A stretch of DNA of 64,000 nt from Bacteroidota bacterium (GCA_003164895.1 PLUL01000051.1:691-64690), one strand, 5' to 3'. Positions 8,329-18,337 are shown, counted from the first letter of the stretch. Notes: a model not told the origin generated them from the letters alone. Program-made: numbers and translations.

Positions 8329-9226
8329 ATGAGCAGGAATTAATATTTGCAAGGTCAATAATATTTAACGCTCCGGTTTGTCCGTGTGGTAAAAAAGAGA
8401 ACGGATCGTTTGCATCGCGCACAAAAACTTTCATCCATGGCGGGCATTGAAAAATTCCATCTCCTTTTGAATACGCCTGCGAGAGCAATTCCGTCATTCC
8501 GTATTCGGAATGAATTTTTTTCACACCAAATTTTTTAGAAAGAGTTTTGTGAAGTTCTTCCCGCGTAATTTCCTCGCGCCTTCCTTTCATGCCGCCTGTT
8601 TCGATGATAAAAACCTCACCCTTCATCCCTCTCCTCAAGGAGAGGGAAGTTTTTTCAGTAAGATCCAATAAAGCATAAGATACGCCAAAAAGAATTATTT
8701 TTTTCTTTTCCGAAAGAAGATTTTTCAGTGTAATTAACAATTTTTCTTGCTCTTGCTTTTTATAAAACCGACTTTCTTTTTTTCTGCTACTTTTCATCAA
8801 ATCATTCATCATAAAAAGCAACGAAGAACTCTTGTTTTCATAATAAGATGGAAGAAAAGAAAGAATGGAATATTGTTTTGTATCTCCGTAAAAGATATCA
8901 AAACATTTTCTGAAACTTTTTTCATACAAACTGAGGTCGGAAACAAAATGTTTACTTCGCTCCATTCCGGTGGTTCCGCTGCTTAAAAAGATTTGAGATT
9001 TGAGATTTGAGATTTGAGATTTGCAAACGACTTTCTGTGTTTTGAAAAATTCTATCGGCAAAAAAGGAATTTGATTTACCTCTTTTACTTTTTCAGGTGC
9101 AATTCCAAGCTGCCTGATATAATTTTTATAAACTAAATTATTCGCTGCCTGAAATTGAAAAATTTCAAGGGCTTTTTTTTCAAAGTCCTTTTTAGTTGTG
9201 ATGGAAAAAATATCGGAATGATTCAC
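8225..9226 (-). CDS. LuxE-like acyl-protein synthetase / acyl transferase
   Basis: IPFLPIEFFK, SSGTTG, ETGGMKGRR, SEYGMTELLSQAY and LGRMDNSDLRGCNLL motifs. GTG start. Confidence 0.88.
   Translation of the reverse strand: MNHSDIFSITTKKDFEKKALEIFQFQAANNLVYKNYIRQLGIAPEKVKEVNQIPFLPIEFFKTQKVVCKSQISNLKSQIFLSSGTTGMERSKHFVSDLSLYEKSFRKCFDIFYGDTKQYSILSFLPSYYENKSSSLLFMMNDLMKSSRKKESRFYKKQEQEKLLITLKNLLSEKKKIILFGVSYALLDLTEKTSLSLRRGMKGEVFIIETGGMKGRREEITREELHKTLSKKFGVKKIHSEYGMTELLSQAYSKGDGIFQCPPWMKVFVRDANDPFSFLPHGQTGALNIIDLANINSCSFIATQDVGRTHKDGSFEVLGRMDNSDLRGCNLLV
8614..8648. repeat. REP-like palindromic element inserted in frame in the LuxE-like gene
   Basis: CCTCACCCTTCA followed by the inverted repeat TCCCTCTCCT (8626-8635) / AGGAGAGGGA (8638-8647). 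Translated on the minus strand as TSLSLRRGMKGEV. Confidence 0.75.
8989..9023. repeat. Perfect heptamer array (AGATTTG)x5 in the LuxE-like gene
   Basis: Five exact copies, encoding KSQISNLKSQI on the minus strand just before FLSSGTTG. Confidence 0.95.
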
Positions 9227-9241
9227 AGAAAAAATACTTGT

Positions 9242-9790
9242 TCAGAAAACAAAAACAGGAGTTGAGATTACATTACTCTTGTGCCTTGCTTCATCGTATA
9301 TATAAACTTGATAATATATTGCTTGGTGAAGCAACCATCCATATTTGAATGATCCCCTAGGTATTGAAACCGAAATAATACCTTTCATTGGTTGGGTTGT
9401 GTTTGGAGGCAGAACAACCGGAACACGGTAACGAAGCTCGGCGGTATCGAATGGAATTCCACCTTGCGTTACCCCAACATTAAGATTCCATAAATTCCAA
9501 ATATGAGGATTCCTATTAGGCACAGAATCATAATACAAAATTCCAAAAAAATTTCCTTTTGCAAATATTCCATTCGTATCAGACTGAGCAAATCCAATAT
9601 CTCCTTCCTCATCTTCAAATGTAATAGAAAGTGCAACTGAATCAGGATCAGAGGGATTAACACCATACCGAATAAAATTACTAAATGCTATTAATGGTGT
9701 AGAAGGATAAACCGGCTTCTTCACACAGGAATAAATAATTACTGCTAAAAAAACGAAAAAAATAAATATATATATACCTTTGTCTTTCAC
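9242..9790 (-). CDS. Lipoprotein of unknown function
   Basis: GTG start, hydrophobic signal ending IIYS-C, ITFEDEEGDIG motif. TACATTTG box upstream on the minus strand (9807-9814). Confidence 0.75.
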   Translation of the reverse strand: MKDKGIYIFIFFVFLAVIIYSCVKKPVYPSTPLIAFSNFIRYGVNPSDPDSVALSITFEDEEGDIGFAQSDTNGIFAKGNFFGILYYDSVPNRNPHIWNLWNLNVGVTQGGIPFDTAELRYRVPVVLPPNTTQPMKGIISVSIPRGSFKYGWLLHQAIYYQVYIYDEARHKSNVISTPVFVF

Positions 9791-9896
9791 TACTAATTTA
9801 TGAAAACAAATGTAACGATTATTATTTCAATCATTTTGCCTTTTCAAAAAATATTTGCATCTTTACAGTCTATATTATCTTACAACAACCTTTGAA

Positions 9897-10955
9897 ATGA
9901 AAAAATATTTTCTTTCCCTGCTATTTTTTGTTTTGACACTTGGTTTTTCTTTGAATGCTCAGGATATTCATTTTTCTCAATACAACCTTACACCTATGTT
10001 GATTAATCCAGCACAAGCCGGAGCGTATAAGGACTTTGAATTTATTGCTAATTATAAAACTCAATGGACAAGTATTTCACCTAATGCATATAAAACAATG
10101 ATGTTTTCGTATGATAGTCGCCTGATGCAACAAAAGTGGAAAACAAAATGGCTTGCAGTAGGTTTTAATATTTATAGTGACAAGGCAGGCGATGGTAATA
10201 TGGGTACTACTGAAGCATTGGCTTCAATTGGATATCACACAATGCTTAACAATAAAAACACCCTCGGCGGATGCTTGTTTGGAGGATATGCTCAGCGAAG
10301 TATTAATTATGCAAATTTAACGTGGGATGAACAATATCAAAATGGTATTTACAGTTCTTCCAATTCAAGTGGAGAAACGCTCCTTCAGAACAATAACAAA
10401 TTTGGATATCCCGATTTTGGAATGGGAGTACTTTACCAATATTCAAAAGGGCAAATGTATTCCACGGCAAATGATATGATAGTGGTTCACGCAGGGCTTT
10501 CTCTTTTTCATTTGAATAATCCAAAATATTCGTATTACAATTCCAGCGAAAAATTATACACAAAAATTGTAGGTCATGCAGATGTGCTCATAGGAATAAA
10601 AAACACCAATTTTGCACTCATGCCAGGTATTATTTATATGCAACAAGGTCCTTCAACAGAAATTTATCCCGGATGTTTTTTTCGTTATATGTTGAAGGAG
10701 CAATCAAAATTTACGGGTTACGTGAAAGGTGCTTCCATTATGTTTGGAACACATTTCCGAACAAGTACAATAAACAGTGATGCTTTTGTTCCTTCTATTC
10801 AACTTGAGGTGGCGGAATATACGATTGGAGTAAGTTATGATATGAATATTTCAGGATTAAAAACTGCTACCTCTGGCATGGGTGGTTTTGAAATTTCACT
10901 TCGTTACGGCAACCCAAGCCCATTCTTATATAAATCCGCGGCAAGTTTTCAATGA
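9897..10955 (+). CDS. PorP/SprF family T9SS outer-membrane protein
   Basis: Probable start ATG 9897. QDIHFSQY...INPAQAG, NYKTQW, DKAG and GVSYDMNISGL..A....GGFEISLRY motifs. Confidence 0.88.
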   Translation: MKKYFLSLLFFVLTLGFSLNAQDIHFSQYNLTPMLINPAQAGAYKDFEFIANYKTQWTSISPNAYKTMMFSYDSRLMQQKWKTKWLAVGFNIYSDKAGDGNMGTTEALASIGYHTMLNNKNTLGGCLFGGYAQRSINYANLTWDEQYQNGIYSSSNSSGETLLQNNNKFGYPDFGMGVLYQYSKGQMYSTANDMIVVHAGLSLFHLNNPKYSYYNSSEKLYTKIVGHADVLIGIKNTNFALMPGIIYMQQGPSTEIYPGCFFRYMLKEQSKFTGYVKGASIMFGTHFRTSTINSDAFVPSIQLEVAEYTIGVSYDMNISGLKTATSGMGGFEISLRYGNPSPFLYKSAASFQ

Positions 10956-10974
10956 TATTTATCAGGTTATTTTT

Positions 10975-11006
10975 ACCCCCATGGTGAAAAACTTTGGGGG
11001 TTTTTT
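10975..11006 (+). terminator. Putative intrinsic terminator
   Basis: ACCCCC...GGGGGT followed by a T-run, 20 nt after the PorP/SprF stop. Confidence 0.5.
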
Positions 11007-11030
11007 ATTTCTCCGATTGATTCGCAATAT

Positions 11031-11038
11031 TACATTTG
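11031..11038 (+). promoter_or_regulatory. Bacteroidota -7 promoter box (TAnnTTTG) for sdhCAB
   Basis: TACATTTG about 45 nt upstream of sdhC. Confidence 0.6.
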
Positions 11039-11083
11039 CACCTGCTTTAAAAAAGTTGGAGCAAAAATCTTATCCTATTTTTT

Positions 11084-11767
11084 ATGACCATTGAACAATT
11101 CATCACCTCATCCCTCGGCAGAAAAACGGTAATGGCTGCAACGGGCTTATTCCTCTGCGTGTTTCTGGTGGAACACCTTTATGGAAATCTTCTTCTCTTT
11201 TTTAGTGACGGAGGAGCGGCATTCGTGGCATATTCTCACGATGCAGTACACAGCATCATTATTCGCTCAATAGAAGTTTTTCTATTTGTTGCGATTTTGT
11301 TGCATGTGGTTCAGGCAACGTATCTGACCAGACAAAACTCCGTTGCGCGTCCGGTAAAATATGCTGTTTACAAAGTGAACGAAACATCTTCTTGGTTTTC
11401 GCGCAACATGGGAATCACCGGAAGTTTAATTTTCTTTTTCATCGTAGTTCATCTCTGGCATTTTTTCGTTCCATACAGAATTACCGGAACTGTTGGCGGT
11501 GAAAGTTCGACAAATGTTGCACAAGCAGTGAAAGAAGCTTTTCAAAACGGTTGGTATGTTTCGCTTTATGTTGTAGCAGTTGTTGTTCTTTCTTTTCACC
11601 TCAATCACGGATTTCAATCTGCATTCAGAAGCTTAGGGCTGAACTCAAAAAAATATACACAGTTACTTTCTCTCTTTGGAAGTTTCTTTGCTTTTATAAT
11701 AGTGGGTGTTGGATTCGCATCGTTTCCAATTTTATTTTATTTCGGCATTGCCGGTTCAACTATTTGA
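11084..11767 (+). CDS. sdhC: Succinate dehydrogenase/fumarate reductase cytochrome b subunit
   Basis: SSLGRKTVMAATGLFL...HLYGNL, five TM segments, heme-ligand His residues (HLWHF, HLNHG). First gene of the sdh operon. Confidence 0.93.
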   Translation: MTIEQFITSSLGRKTVMAATGLFLCVFLVEHLYGNLLLFFSDGGAAFVAYSHDAVHSIIIRSIEVFLFVAILLHVVQATYLTRQNSVARPVKYAVYKVNETSSWFSRNMGITGSLIFFFIVVHLWHFFVPYRITGTVGGESSTNVAQAVKEAFQNGWYVSLYVVAVVVLSFHLNHGFQSAFRSLGLNSKKYTQLLSLFGSFFAFIIVGVGFASFPILFYFGIAGSTI

Positions 11768-11770
11768 TAT

Positions 11771-13750
11771 ATGACAAAACTAAATTCAAAAATTCCCGAA
11801 GGAGAACTTCAAACCAAGTGGACGAAATACAAATCCTCCGTTCCGCTTGTAAATCCTTCAAACAAACGCAACATTGAAATTATTGTTGTCGGGTCAGGAC
11901 TTGCAGGAGCATCTGCTGCTGCATCGCTTGCCGAACTTGGTTACAAAGTAAAATGTTTTTGTTTCCAAGATTCTCCGCGCAGAGCGCACTCCATTGCAGC
12001 ACAAGGCGGAATTAACGCGGCAAAAAATTATCAGAACGATGGCGACAGCGTTTACAGATTATTTTACGATACGATTAAAGGTGGCGACTATCGCTCACGC
12101 GAAGGAAACGTTCACCGTCTTGCCGAAGTTTCTTCTGCTATCATTGACCAATGTGTAGCTCAAGGGGTTCCTTTTGCGCGTGAGTACGGAGGATATTTGG
12201 ATAATCGTTCTTTCGGTGGAACACAAGTTCAACGAACTTTTTACGCTGCCGGACAAACCGGTCAGCAGCTTTTGCTCGGAGCATATTCCGCTTTGGAAAG
12301 ACAAATCGGAAAAGGTTCCGTAACAATGCATTCGCGCCACGAGATGTTAGATGTGGTTCTTGTTGACGGAAAAGCACGAGGAATTATTGCAAGAGATTTA
12401 GTTTCAGGAAAACTTGAGCGGCATTTTGGACATGCTGTTTTACTTTGCACAGGTGGTTACGGAAATGTTTTTTATCTCTCTACTAACGCGATGGGCTGCA
12501 ATACTACTGCTATTTGGAAAGCACATAAGAAAGGAGCATTCTTTGGAAATCCTTGCTTCACACAAATTCACCCTACATGCATTCCTGTTTCGGGCGACCA
12601 TCAATCTAAATTAACTTTGATGAGTGAGTCGTTGAGAAATGACGGACGGATATGGGTTCCAAAAGCAAAAGGAGAAACACGTAAGGCAAACGAAATTCCG
12701 GAAGAAGAAAGAGATTATTTTCTTGAAAGAAGATATCCCGCTTTTGGAAATCTTGTTCCGCGCGATGTAGCTTCACGCGCTTCAAAAGAACGCTGCGATG
12801 CCGGTTACGGAGTAGGTGGTTCAAAAATGGCAGTCTATCTCGACTTTGCATTTAACACATTGCGTTACGGGCGAATCGAAGCGAATAAACATAACATCCA
12901 TAATCCTTCAAAGGAAGAATTGGTGAAACTCGGCAGAGAGGTAATCAAAGAAAAATACGGAAACCTCTTCGAGATGTATGAAAAAATTACCGGAGAAAAT
13001 CCGTATGAAGTACCGATGCGCATTTATCCTGCTGCACATTATACCATGGGCGGTTTGTGGGTGGATTACGATTTGATGACAACCGTTCCGGGTTTATATA
13101 CACTCGGTGAAGCTAATTTTTCCGACCACGGAGCGAATCGCCTCGGCGCCTCGGCCCTGATGCAAGGACTGGCTGACGGATATTTTGTCATTCCATATAC
13201 AATAGGAACTTATTTGTCACAAGATATTCGTACCAAAGCAATTTCTACCGATCACGAAGCCTTTATAGAGACAGAGAAAAAAGTTCAGGAGCAAATAGAT
13301 AAGCTGATGAACATAAAAGGCACAAAATCGGTTGACCACTTCCACAAACGACTCGGAAAAATAATGTGGGATAAATGCGGAATGGGTCGCAACGAAAAAG
13401 GATTGACCGAAGCGATTTCCGAAATCCGTGCGCTTCGCGAAGAATTCTGGAAAGATGTCCGCATTACCGGAGCACAAAATGAATTAAATCCTGAATTGGA
13501 AAAAGCAATGCGCGTTGCCGATTTCCTCGAACTCGGAGAACTGATGTGCAAAGATGCTCTTCACAGAAAAGAATCATGTGGAGGACATTTCCGTGAAGAA
13601 TATCAAACCGAAGAAGGCGAAGCAAAACGCGATGATGATAATTTCACCTACGCTGCTGCTTGGGAATTTAAAAATGTTGGCGAATGGGAATTGAATAAAG
13701 AAGACCTGAACTATCAGGTTGTTCATCCGTCACAAAGAAGTTACAAATAA
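11771..13750 (+). CDS. sdhA: Succinate dehydrogenase/fumarate reductase flavoprotein subunit
   Basis: [11 protein letters not shown] motif, [10 protein letters not shown] covalent-FAD His, QIHPT, HYTMGGL, HGANRLG. Confidence 0.97.
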   Translation: MTKLNSKIPEGELQTKWTKYKSSVPLVNPSNKRNIEIIVVGSGLAGASAAASLAELGYKVKCFCFQDSPRRAHSIAAQGGINAAKNYQNDGDSVYRLFYDTIKGGDYRSREGNVHRLAEVSSAIIDQCVAQGVPFAREYGGYLDNRSFGGTQVQRTFYAAGQTGQQLLLGAYSALERQIGKGSVTMHSRHEMLDVVLVDGKARGIIARDLVSGKLERHFGHAVLLCTGGYGNVFYLSTNAMGCNTTAIWKAHKKGAFFGNPCFTQIHPTCIPVSGDHQSKLTLMSESLRNDGRIWVPKAKGETRKANEIPEEERDYFLERRYPAFGNLVPRDVASRASKERCDAGYGVGGSKMAVYLDFAFNTLRYGRIEANKHNIHNPSKEELVKLGREVIKEKYGNLFEMYEKITGENPYEVPMRIYPAAHYTMGGLWVDYDLMTTVPGLYTLGEANFSDHGANRLGASALMQGLADGYFVIPYTIGTYLSQDIRTKAISTDHEAFIETEKKVQEQIDKLMNIKGTKSVDHFHKRLGKIMWDKCGMGRNEKGLTEAISEIRALREEFWKDVRITGAQNELNPELEKAMRVADFLELGELMCKDALHRKESCGGHFREEYQTEEGEAKRDDDNFTYAAAWEFKNVGEWELNKEDLNYQVVHPSQRSYK

Positions 13751-13761
13751 AAAATATTATT

Positions 13762-14505
13762 ATGAATTTGACATTAAAAGTCTGGAGACAGAAAAACAAA
13801 AACGACAAAGGTGGTTTCGCAACATATCAAGTTGATGGAATCTCTCACGAGATGTCGTTCCTCGAAATGTTCGATGTACTGAACGAACGCCTTATCCAAA
13901 AAAACGAAGAGCCAATCGCTTTCGACCACGATTGCCGCGAAGGAATTTGCGGAATGTGTTCGATGTTCATCAACGGTCGCGCTCACGGACCATGGACCAG
14001 AACCACTGTGTGTCAACTGCACATGCGCGCATTCAAAGACGGGGAAACGATTGTCATCGAACCATGGAGAGCAAAAGGATTTCCTGTGCTAAAAGATTTG
14101 ATGGTTGACCGTTCTGCTTTTGACCGCATCATTGCTGCCGGAGGATTTGTTTCGGTAAATACCGGAAATGCTCAGGATGCAAATTGCCTTCCTATTCCAA
14201 AACCTGATGCCGATGAATCATTCAGCGCGGCTGCATGTATTGGCTGCGGTGCGTGTGTGGCATCATGCAAAAATTCTTCCGCTATGCTTTTTGTTTCTGC
14301 CAAGGTTTCTCAGCTCGCTCTTCTTCCGCAAGGTCAGGTTGAACGAAAACAACGTGCGCTGGATATGGTTGCGCAAATGGATGCCGAAGGATTTGGCAAT
14401 TGCACCAACACCGGTTCCTGCGAAGCAGAATGTCCGAAAGGAATTTCTCTCACTCACATCGCAAGATTGAATCGAGAATATCTGCTGGCGAATGTGCTAG
14501 AATAA
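13762..14505 (+). CDS. sdhB: Succinate dehydrogenase/fumarate reductase iron-sulfur subunit
   Basis: [20 protein letters not shown] and [12 protein letters not shown] Fe-S motifs. Confidence 0.97.
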   Translation: MNLTLKVWRQKNKNDKGGFATYQVDGISHEMSFLEMFDVLNERLIQKNEEPIAFDHDCREGICGMCSMFINGRAHGPWTRTTVCQLHMRAFKDGETIVIEPWRAKGFPVLKDLMVDRSAFDRIIAAGGFVSVNTGNAQDANCLPIPKPDADESFSAAACIGCGACVASCKNSSAMLFVSAKVSQLALLPQGQVERKQRALDMVAQMDAEGFGNCTNTGSCEAECPKGISLTHIARLNREYLLANVLE

Positions 14506-14523
14506 AATTATCTAAAAACTATC

Positions 14524-14853
14524 ATGGACAAACATAACATCACCACCGCATTTATCTTAGACGGATACAAAATCACAAAAAATCTTGGCATCGTTAGAGG
14601 AATTACCGTTCGTTCAAGAAGCATTTTTGGAAACATTGGCGCGGGATTCCAGGCACTTGTTGGTGGAAATATTTCTATTTATACCGAACTGTGCGAAAAA
14701 GCAAGGGAGGAAGCTTATGAAATATTGATGGTTCACGCAGAAAAAATTGGAGCAAATGCCATTATTGGAATGCGCTACGATGCAAATGAAGTGGCTCAAG
14801 GCATAACCGAAGTTCTTGCTTATGGCACGGCAGTTATCGTGGAGAAAGTTTAG
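14524..14853 (+). CDS. YbjQ (UPF0145) family protein
   Basis: LGIVRGITVRSR...GGNI..Y..L...AREEA...GANAIIGMRYD...EVLAYGTAV signature. Confidence 0.9.
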   Translation: MDKHNITTAFILDGYKITKNLGIVRGITVRSRSIFGNIGAGFQALVGGNISIYTELCEKAREEAYEILMVHAEKIGANAIIGMRYDANEVAQGITEVLAYGTAVIVEKV

Positions 14854-14868
14854 TGCGTATTTTTGTGC

Positions 14869-16797
14869 ATGTCAAAGCCGAAACAAAAAGCCAAGGCAAT
14901 TCCTAAACAAAATTTACATTCAGCAAATTTTCTTTCTGGAAATGAAAAGTATTTCCCATTAATTGTACTCGCTGTAACTTTCATTGTTCTATTTCCTTCC
15001 CTTCAAAATAAATTCGTCAACCTTGACGACCCGCAATATGTTATTGAAAATTCTGTTGTAAAAAACCTGAATTCCGAAAATTTAAAAACTATTTTCTCGG
15101 AGCAATTTGTCGGCAACTATCAGCCAGCAACCATGGTCAGTTATATGCTGGATTATAAACTTTTCGGATTAAATCCGTTTGGATATCATCTTGTGAATTT
15201 AATTTTTCATTTGCTTGGAACTCTTTTTGTATTTCTAATAATCAAAAAAATTTCAGGCAATGATTTGGTTGCTTTTATTACTGCTTTTCTGTTTGGCATT
15301 CATCCTTTACACGTAGAATCAGTTACATGGATAGCTGAAAGAAAAGATGTTTTGTATGGATTTTTCTTTTTAAGCTCGCTTTACTTCTATATTCTGCATT
15401 CAAAGCAAGAAAAACTATTCAGTGCGTTCTTTTTAATCTCATTAATTCTTTTCGTTCTGTCTCTCCTTTCTAAAGCTCAAGCTGTAGTTCTGCCTGTAAT
15501 TTTCTTTGCAGTTGATTTTTTCATGAACAGACAACCAATCAAGAAAACTATTTTGGAAAAAATTCCTTTTTTCGTTCTTGCTATTGCATTTGGATTCATT
15601 GCCATAAAAGTTCAGGGGAAAGCCGGTGCCATGCAGACGTTTCAATATTTTCCTTTTTATGAACGCATTCTTTTTTCTTGTTACGCACTTATGACTTATT
15701 TGTACAAACTAATTCTACCGATAAATCTTTCCTGTTTTTACCCATATCCCGAAACAAACGATAAAATAAATACAGTTTGGGTTTATCTGAGTCCGGCAGT
15801 TCTGCTTGTAATTGCATTTCTCATTTGGAAATATTTCAGGGCATCAAAAGTTGTTTTATTTGGAATTGCGTTCTTCTTGATTTCAATTATCCTTGTTCTG
15901 CAATTACTTCCAATCGGAGACGCACTTTATGCGGACAGATATACTTACATTCCCTCCATCGGAATATTTTTCATTGCTTCGCATTTTCTTGTGTCACATT
16001 TGAAAAATAAAATGGTAATGATATTTTCTTTCATATATATTCTTTGGTTTTGTTTTGCTTCTTTCCAAAGAACAAAAGTTTGGCACGACAGTATTTCACT
16101 TTACACGAATGCGATTGACAATGGTTATAAAGCAGCTATCATCTATAATAACCGAGGAAAAGTTTTATCTGATTCAAGCAGAAATGAAGAAGCACTGAAA
16201 GATTTTTCTTCTCTGGTGGAATTAAAACCTCGCTATCCAAACGGCTGGCGACATAAAGCACTCATTCAGGAACGGCTCGAAAAAAAAGATGAAGCGATAA
16301 AATCTTACACTGAAGAAATAAAATATTTTCCTGACGACACAAAAAATTATTTGAGCAGAGGCACGCTTCTGGAAGGGAAAAATGATTTTGAAAATGCAAT
16401 TAAAGATTTTTCAAAAATCATTGAACTATCTCCTAATACAGGCGAAGGATATTATGCAAGAGCGGAAGCCGAAGGCAAGAGCGGGAAAATGACCGAAGCA
16501 TTAGCAGACATAAACAAAGCAATTGCATTTGCTCCCGATAACGGGCAAGCGTATAATAATCGTGGAATTATTTTCAGCATGAGTGGAAAATTTCAGGAAG
16601 CTGTAAATGATTTTACAAAATCATTGCAACTCAAACCTGATAACTATGGCGCTTACACCAATCGTGCGCTTGCATATAAAGGCATGGGGAAATATTCTGA
16701 AGCACTTCAGGATATGATGACAGCAAGAAAAAAAGGAATTGCTGTAGATGAGAATTCCATTAATGAACTAAAAAAACTGTCAGGAAAAAATCAATGA
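14869..16797 (+). CDS. TMTC-like GT-C membrane protein with C-terminal TPR repeats
   Basis: Probable start ATG 14869, with a TATTTTTG box at 14858. NLDDPQYV, YQP, YHLVNLIFH, HPLHVESVTWIAERKDVL and ADRYTYIP motifs, about 11 TM segments, then about 6 TPRs (YNNRG..., AYNNRG). Confidence 0.85.
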   Translation: MSKPKQKAKAIPKQNLHSANFLSGNEKYFPLIVLAVTFIVLFPSLQNKFVNLDDPQYVIENSVVKNLNSENLKTIFSEQFVGNYQPATMVSYMLDYKLFGLNPFGYHLVNLIFHLLGTLFVFLIIKKISGNDLVAFITAFLFGIHPLHVESVTWIAERKDVLYGFFFLSSLYFYILHSKQEKLFSAFFLISLILFVLSLLSKAQAVVLPVIFFAVDFFMNRQPIKKTILEKIPFFVLAIAFGFIAIKVQGKAGAMQTFQYFPFYERILFSCYALMTYLYKLILPINLSCFYPYPETNDKINTVWVYLSPAVLLVIAFLIWKYFRASKVVLFGIAFFLISIILVLQLLPIGDALYADRYTYIPSIGIFFIASHFLVSHLKNKMVMIFSFIYILWFCFASFQRTKVWHDSISLYTNAIDNGYKAAIIYNNRGKVLSDSSRNEEALKDFSSLVELKPRYPNGWRHKALIQERLEKKDEAIKSYTEEIKYFPDDTKNYLSRGTLLEGKNDFENAIKDFSKIIELSPNTGEGYYARAEAEGKSGKMTEALADINKAIAFAPDNGQAYNNRGIIFSMSGKFQEAVNDFTKSLQLKPDNYGAYTNRALAYKGMGKYSEALQDMMTARKKGIAVDENSINELKKLSGKNQ

Positions 16798-17312
16798 TGG
16801 TGATGTCCTCCTAGTCCATGTACATGTCCATGTGAAAGTTCTTCTTCTGTGGCTGGGCGAACATTAATTACTTCCCCGGTAAAATGCAATTCATGTCCGG
16901 CAAGCGGATGATTAAAATCCATTCTCACATGAACGGCCGTCACTTCAAGAATTTTTCCCTGCAACTGGTTTCCCTGATCATCATTCATGGTAAGCACGTT
17001 GTCAATGCGAATTTCATTGAGATCCAGCGTACCGTCGGGACTTTTAAAGGAATCAATCGGAATGTTCATTACATATTTTTCATTCTTCATTCCATAACCT
17101 TTCTCTGCTGAAATAAAAAAATCAAAGGTGTCTCCTGATTTTTTTCCGCGAATATTGGTTTCAAAATCCGGCAGCAACATTCCTGCACCATAGATAAATA
17201 CAAAAGGGTGTTCGGCAGTAGTTTTTTCAACTTGCTTTTCATCGAGCGACAAACCTGTGCGGGTTTTGAGCGTATAGCCGAGCGTTACAACTGAGTTTTT
17301 TGCAATATTCAT
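16791..17312 (-). CDS. slyD: FKBP-type peptidyl-prolyl isomerase SlyD
   Basis: Probable start ATG 17312 (MNIAKNSVVTLGY). DFNHPLAGHELHF motif and His-rich tail HGHVHGLGGHHHH. TACCTTTG box at 17331-17338 on the minus strand. Confidence 0.92.
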   Translation of the reverse strand: MNIAKNSVVTLGYTLKTRTGLSLDEKQVEKTTAEHPFVFIYGAGMLLPDFETNIRGKKSGDTFDFFISAEKGYGMKNEKYVMNIPIDSFKSPDGTLDLNEIRIDNVLTMNDDQGNQLQGKILEVTAVHVRMDFNHPLAGHELHFTGEVINVRPATEEELSHGHVHGLGGHHHH

Positions 17313-17380
17313 AATTGAATTTTTAGACGGCAAAGGTAATTTTTTTTTGAAAAGTGATTTGCAAAAATACAAACGAAAAC

Positions 17381-18337
17381 TTACTGCGCTTTGGGGGCAA
17401 CCTTCGCACCAGCAGTTTTGAAATGAAGAGCAATATAAAGCTCATGGGTTCCATTAGCATATCGCTTCAAGCTGGATGTGGTGAGATCATAAGCGTAACC
17501 AAAAGAAAGATTGTCTTTGTAAATATATCCAGTCATGAAAGATATGGCATCCTGCAAACGATATGTTACAGCAAGCCATGCTTTTTTAATATAAATAACT
17601 CGAGCACCGATATCCACTTGAACCGGAGTAGGGCTCACATCTTGCACAAGGAAAGAAGGTTCAACGGCAAATTCGTCTGTCAGAAATAATTTATATCCGC
17701 CTGTAATAAACAAATGCGTGGCAAGTGTTCCTGTCTGAACAGGAGTTTGATCAAGGTTGAGCTTTGCCTGAAACAATTGCGGTACATATCCGCCAAACCA
17801 CCAGCTGCTAGCTCCATTTTCTTTTGGAAGTCCGTAGAGATAAAAGGAAGTTCCAAGATCGGGAACAATAACCGAGTGATACAAATTCAAAGCATAATCA
17901 GTAGGATCGTTCAGCGTAAGTTTGGATCCATCAATTGCAAATTGTTCTACTCCGGCAGAAATTGAAAGCGATAATTTTATTTTTTCTTGAAGTTTGATGT
18001 GATAGGAGTACGAACCACTTGCTCCTGTTCTTCTCGTAGGACCGGAAATGTCCGAATAGATATATCCGCCAACACCCATATTTGTTTTGGGAATCGATCC
18101 ATCCATGCTGAAACAATACGTGCGCGGTGCATCGGTAATGCCCACCCATTGCAAACGATTGATGGAAACAGCTTCAAAATAATTTCTGCTTCCGGCAACA
18201 GCAGGATTCTGAAAATAATCGTTCAGCATATATTGGCTGAAAGTGGGCAGTTGCTGCGCGATTGCAGATTGCAGATTGCAGATTAGAAATTGCAAAATGA
18301 AAAGCGAAACAACAATTTTTAATTTTTCATTTTTCAT
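17381..18337 (-). CDS. PorP/SprF family T9SS outer-membrane protein (SprF-like partner of the upstream adhesin)
   Basis: QQLPTFSQYM....QNPAVAG, RLQWVGITDAPRT and GYAYDLTTS.L.....GTHE motifs. Starts 11 nt after the SprB-like gene. Confidence 0.92.
   Translation of the reverse strand: MKNEKLKIVVSLFILQFLICNLQSAIAQQLPTFSQYMLNDYFQNPAVAGSRNYFEAVSINRLQWVGITDAPRTYCFSMDGSIPKTNMGVGGYIYSDISGPTRRTGASGSYSYHIKLQEKIKLSLSISAGVEQFAIDGSKLTLNDPTDYALNLYHSVIVPDLGTSFYLYGLPKENGASSWWFGGYVPQLFQAKLNLDQTPVQTGTLATHLFITGGYKLFLTDEFAVEPSFLVQDVSPTPVQVDIGARVIYIKKAWLAVTYRLQDAISFMTGYIYKDNLSFGYAYDLTTSSLKRYANGTHELYIALHFKTAGAKVAPKAQ
18260..18294 (-). repeat. Heptamer tandem array TGCAATC x5 (coding strand, degenerate) in signal peptide
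   Basis: Plus strand GATTGCA GATTGCA GATTGCA GATTAGA AATTGCA, encoding QFLICNLQSAI. A second array, ATTTTTM x3 at 18315-18335, encodes the N-terminal KNEKLKI. Confidence 0.9.

Noticed and set aside
8225-9226. Bioluminescence (lux) system
   Set aside because: Only a stand-alone LuxE-like gene is present, with no luxAB, luxC or luxD. Such genes are common in Bacteroidota.
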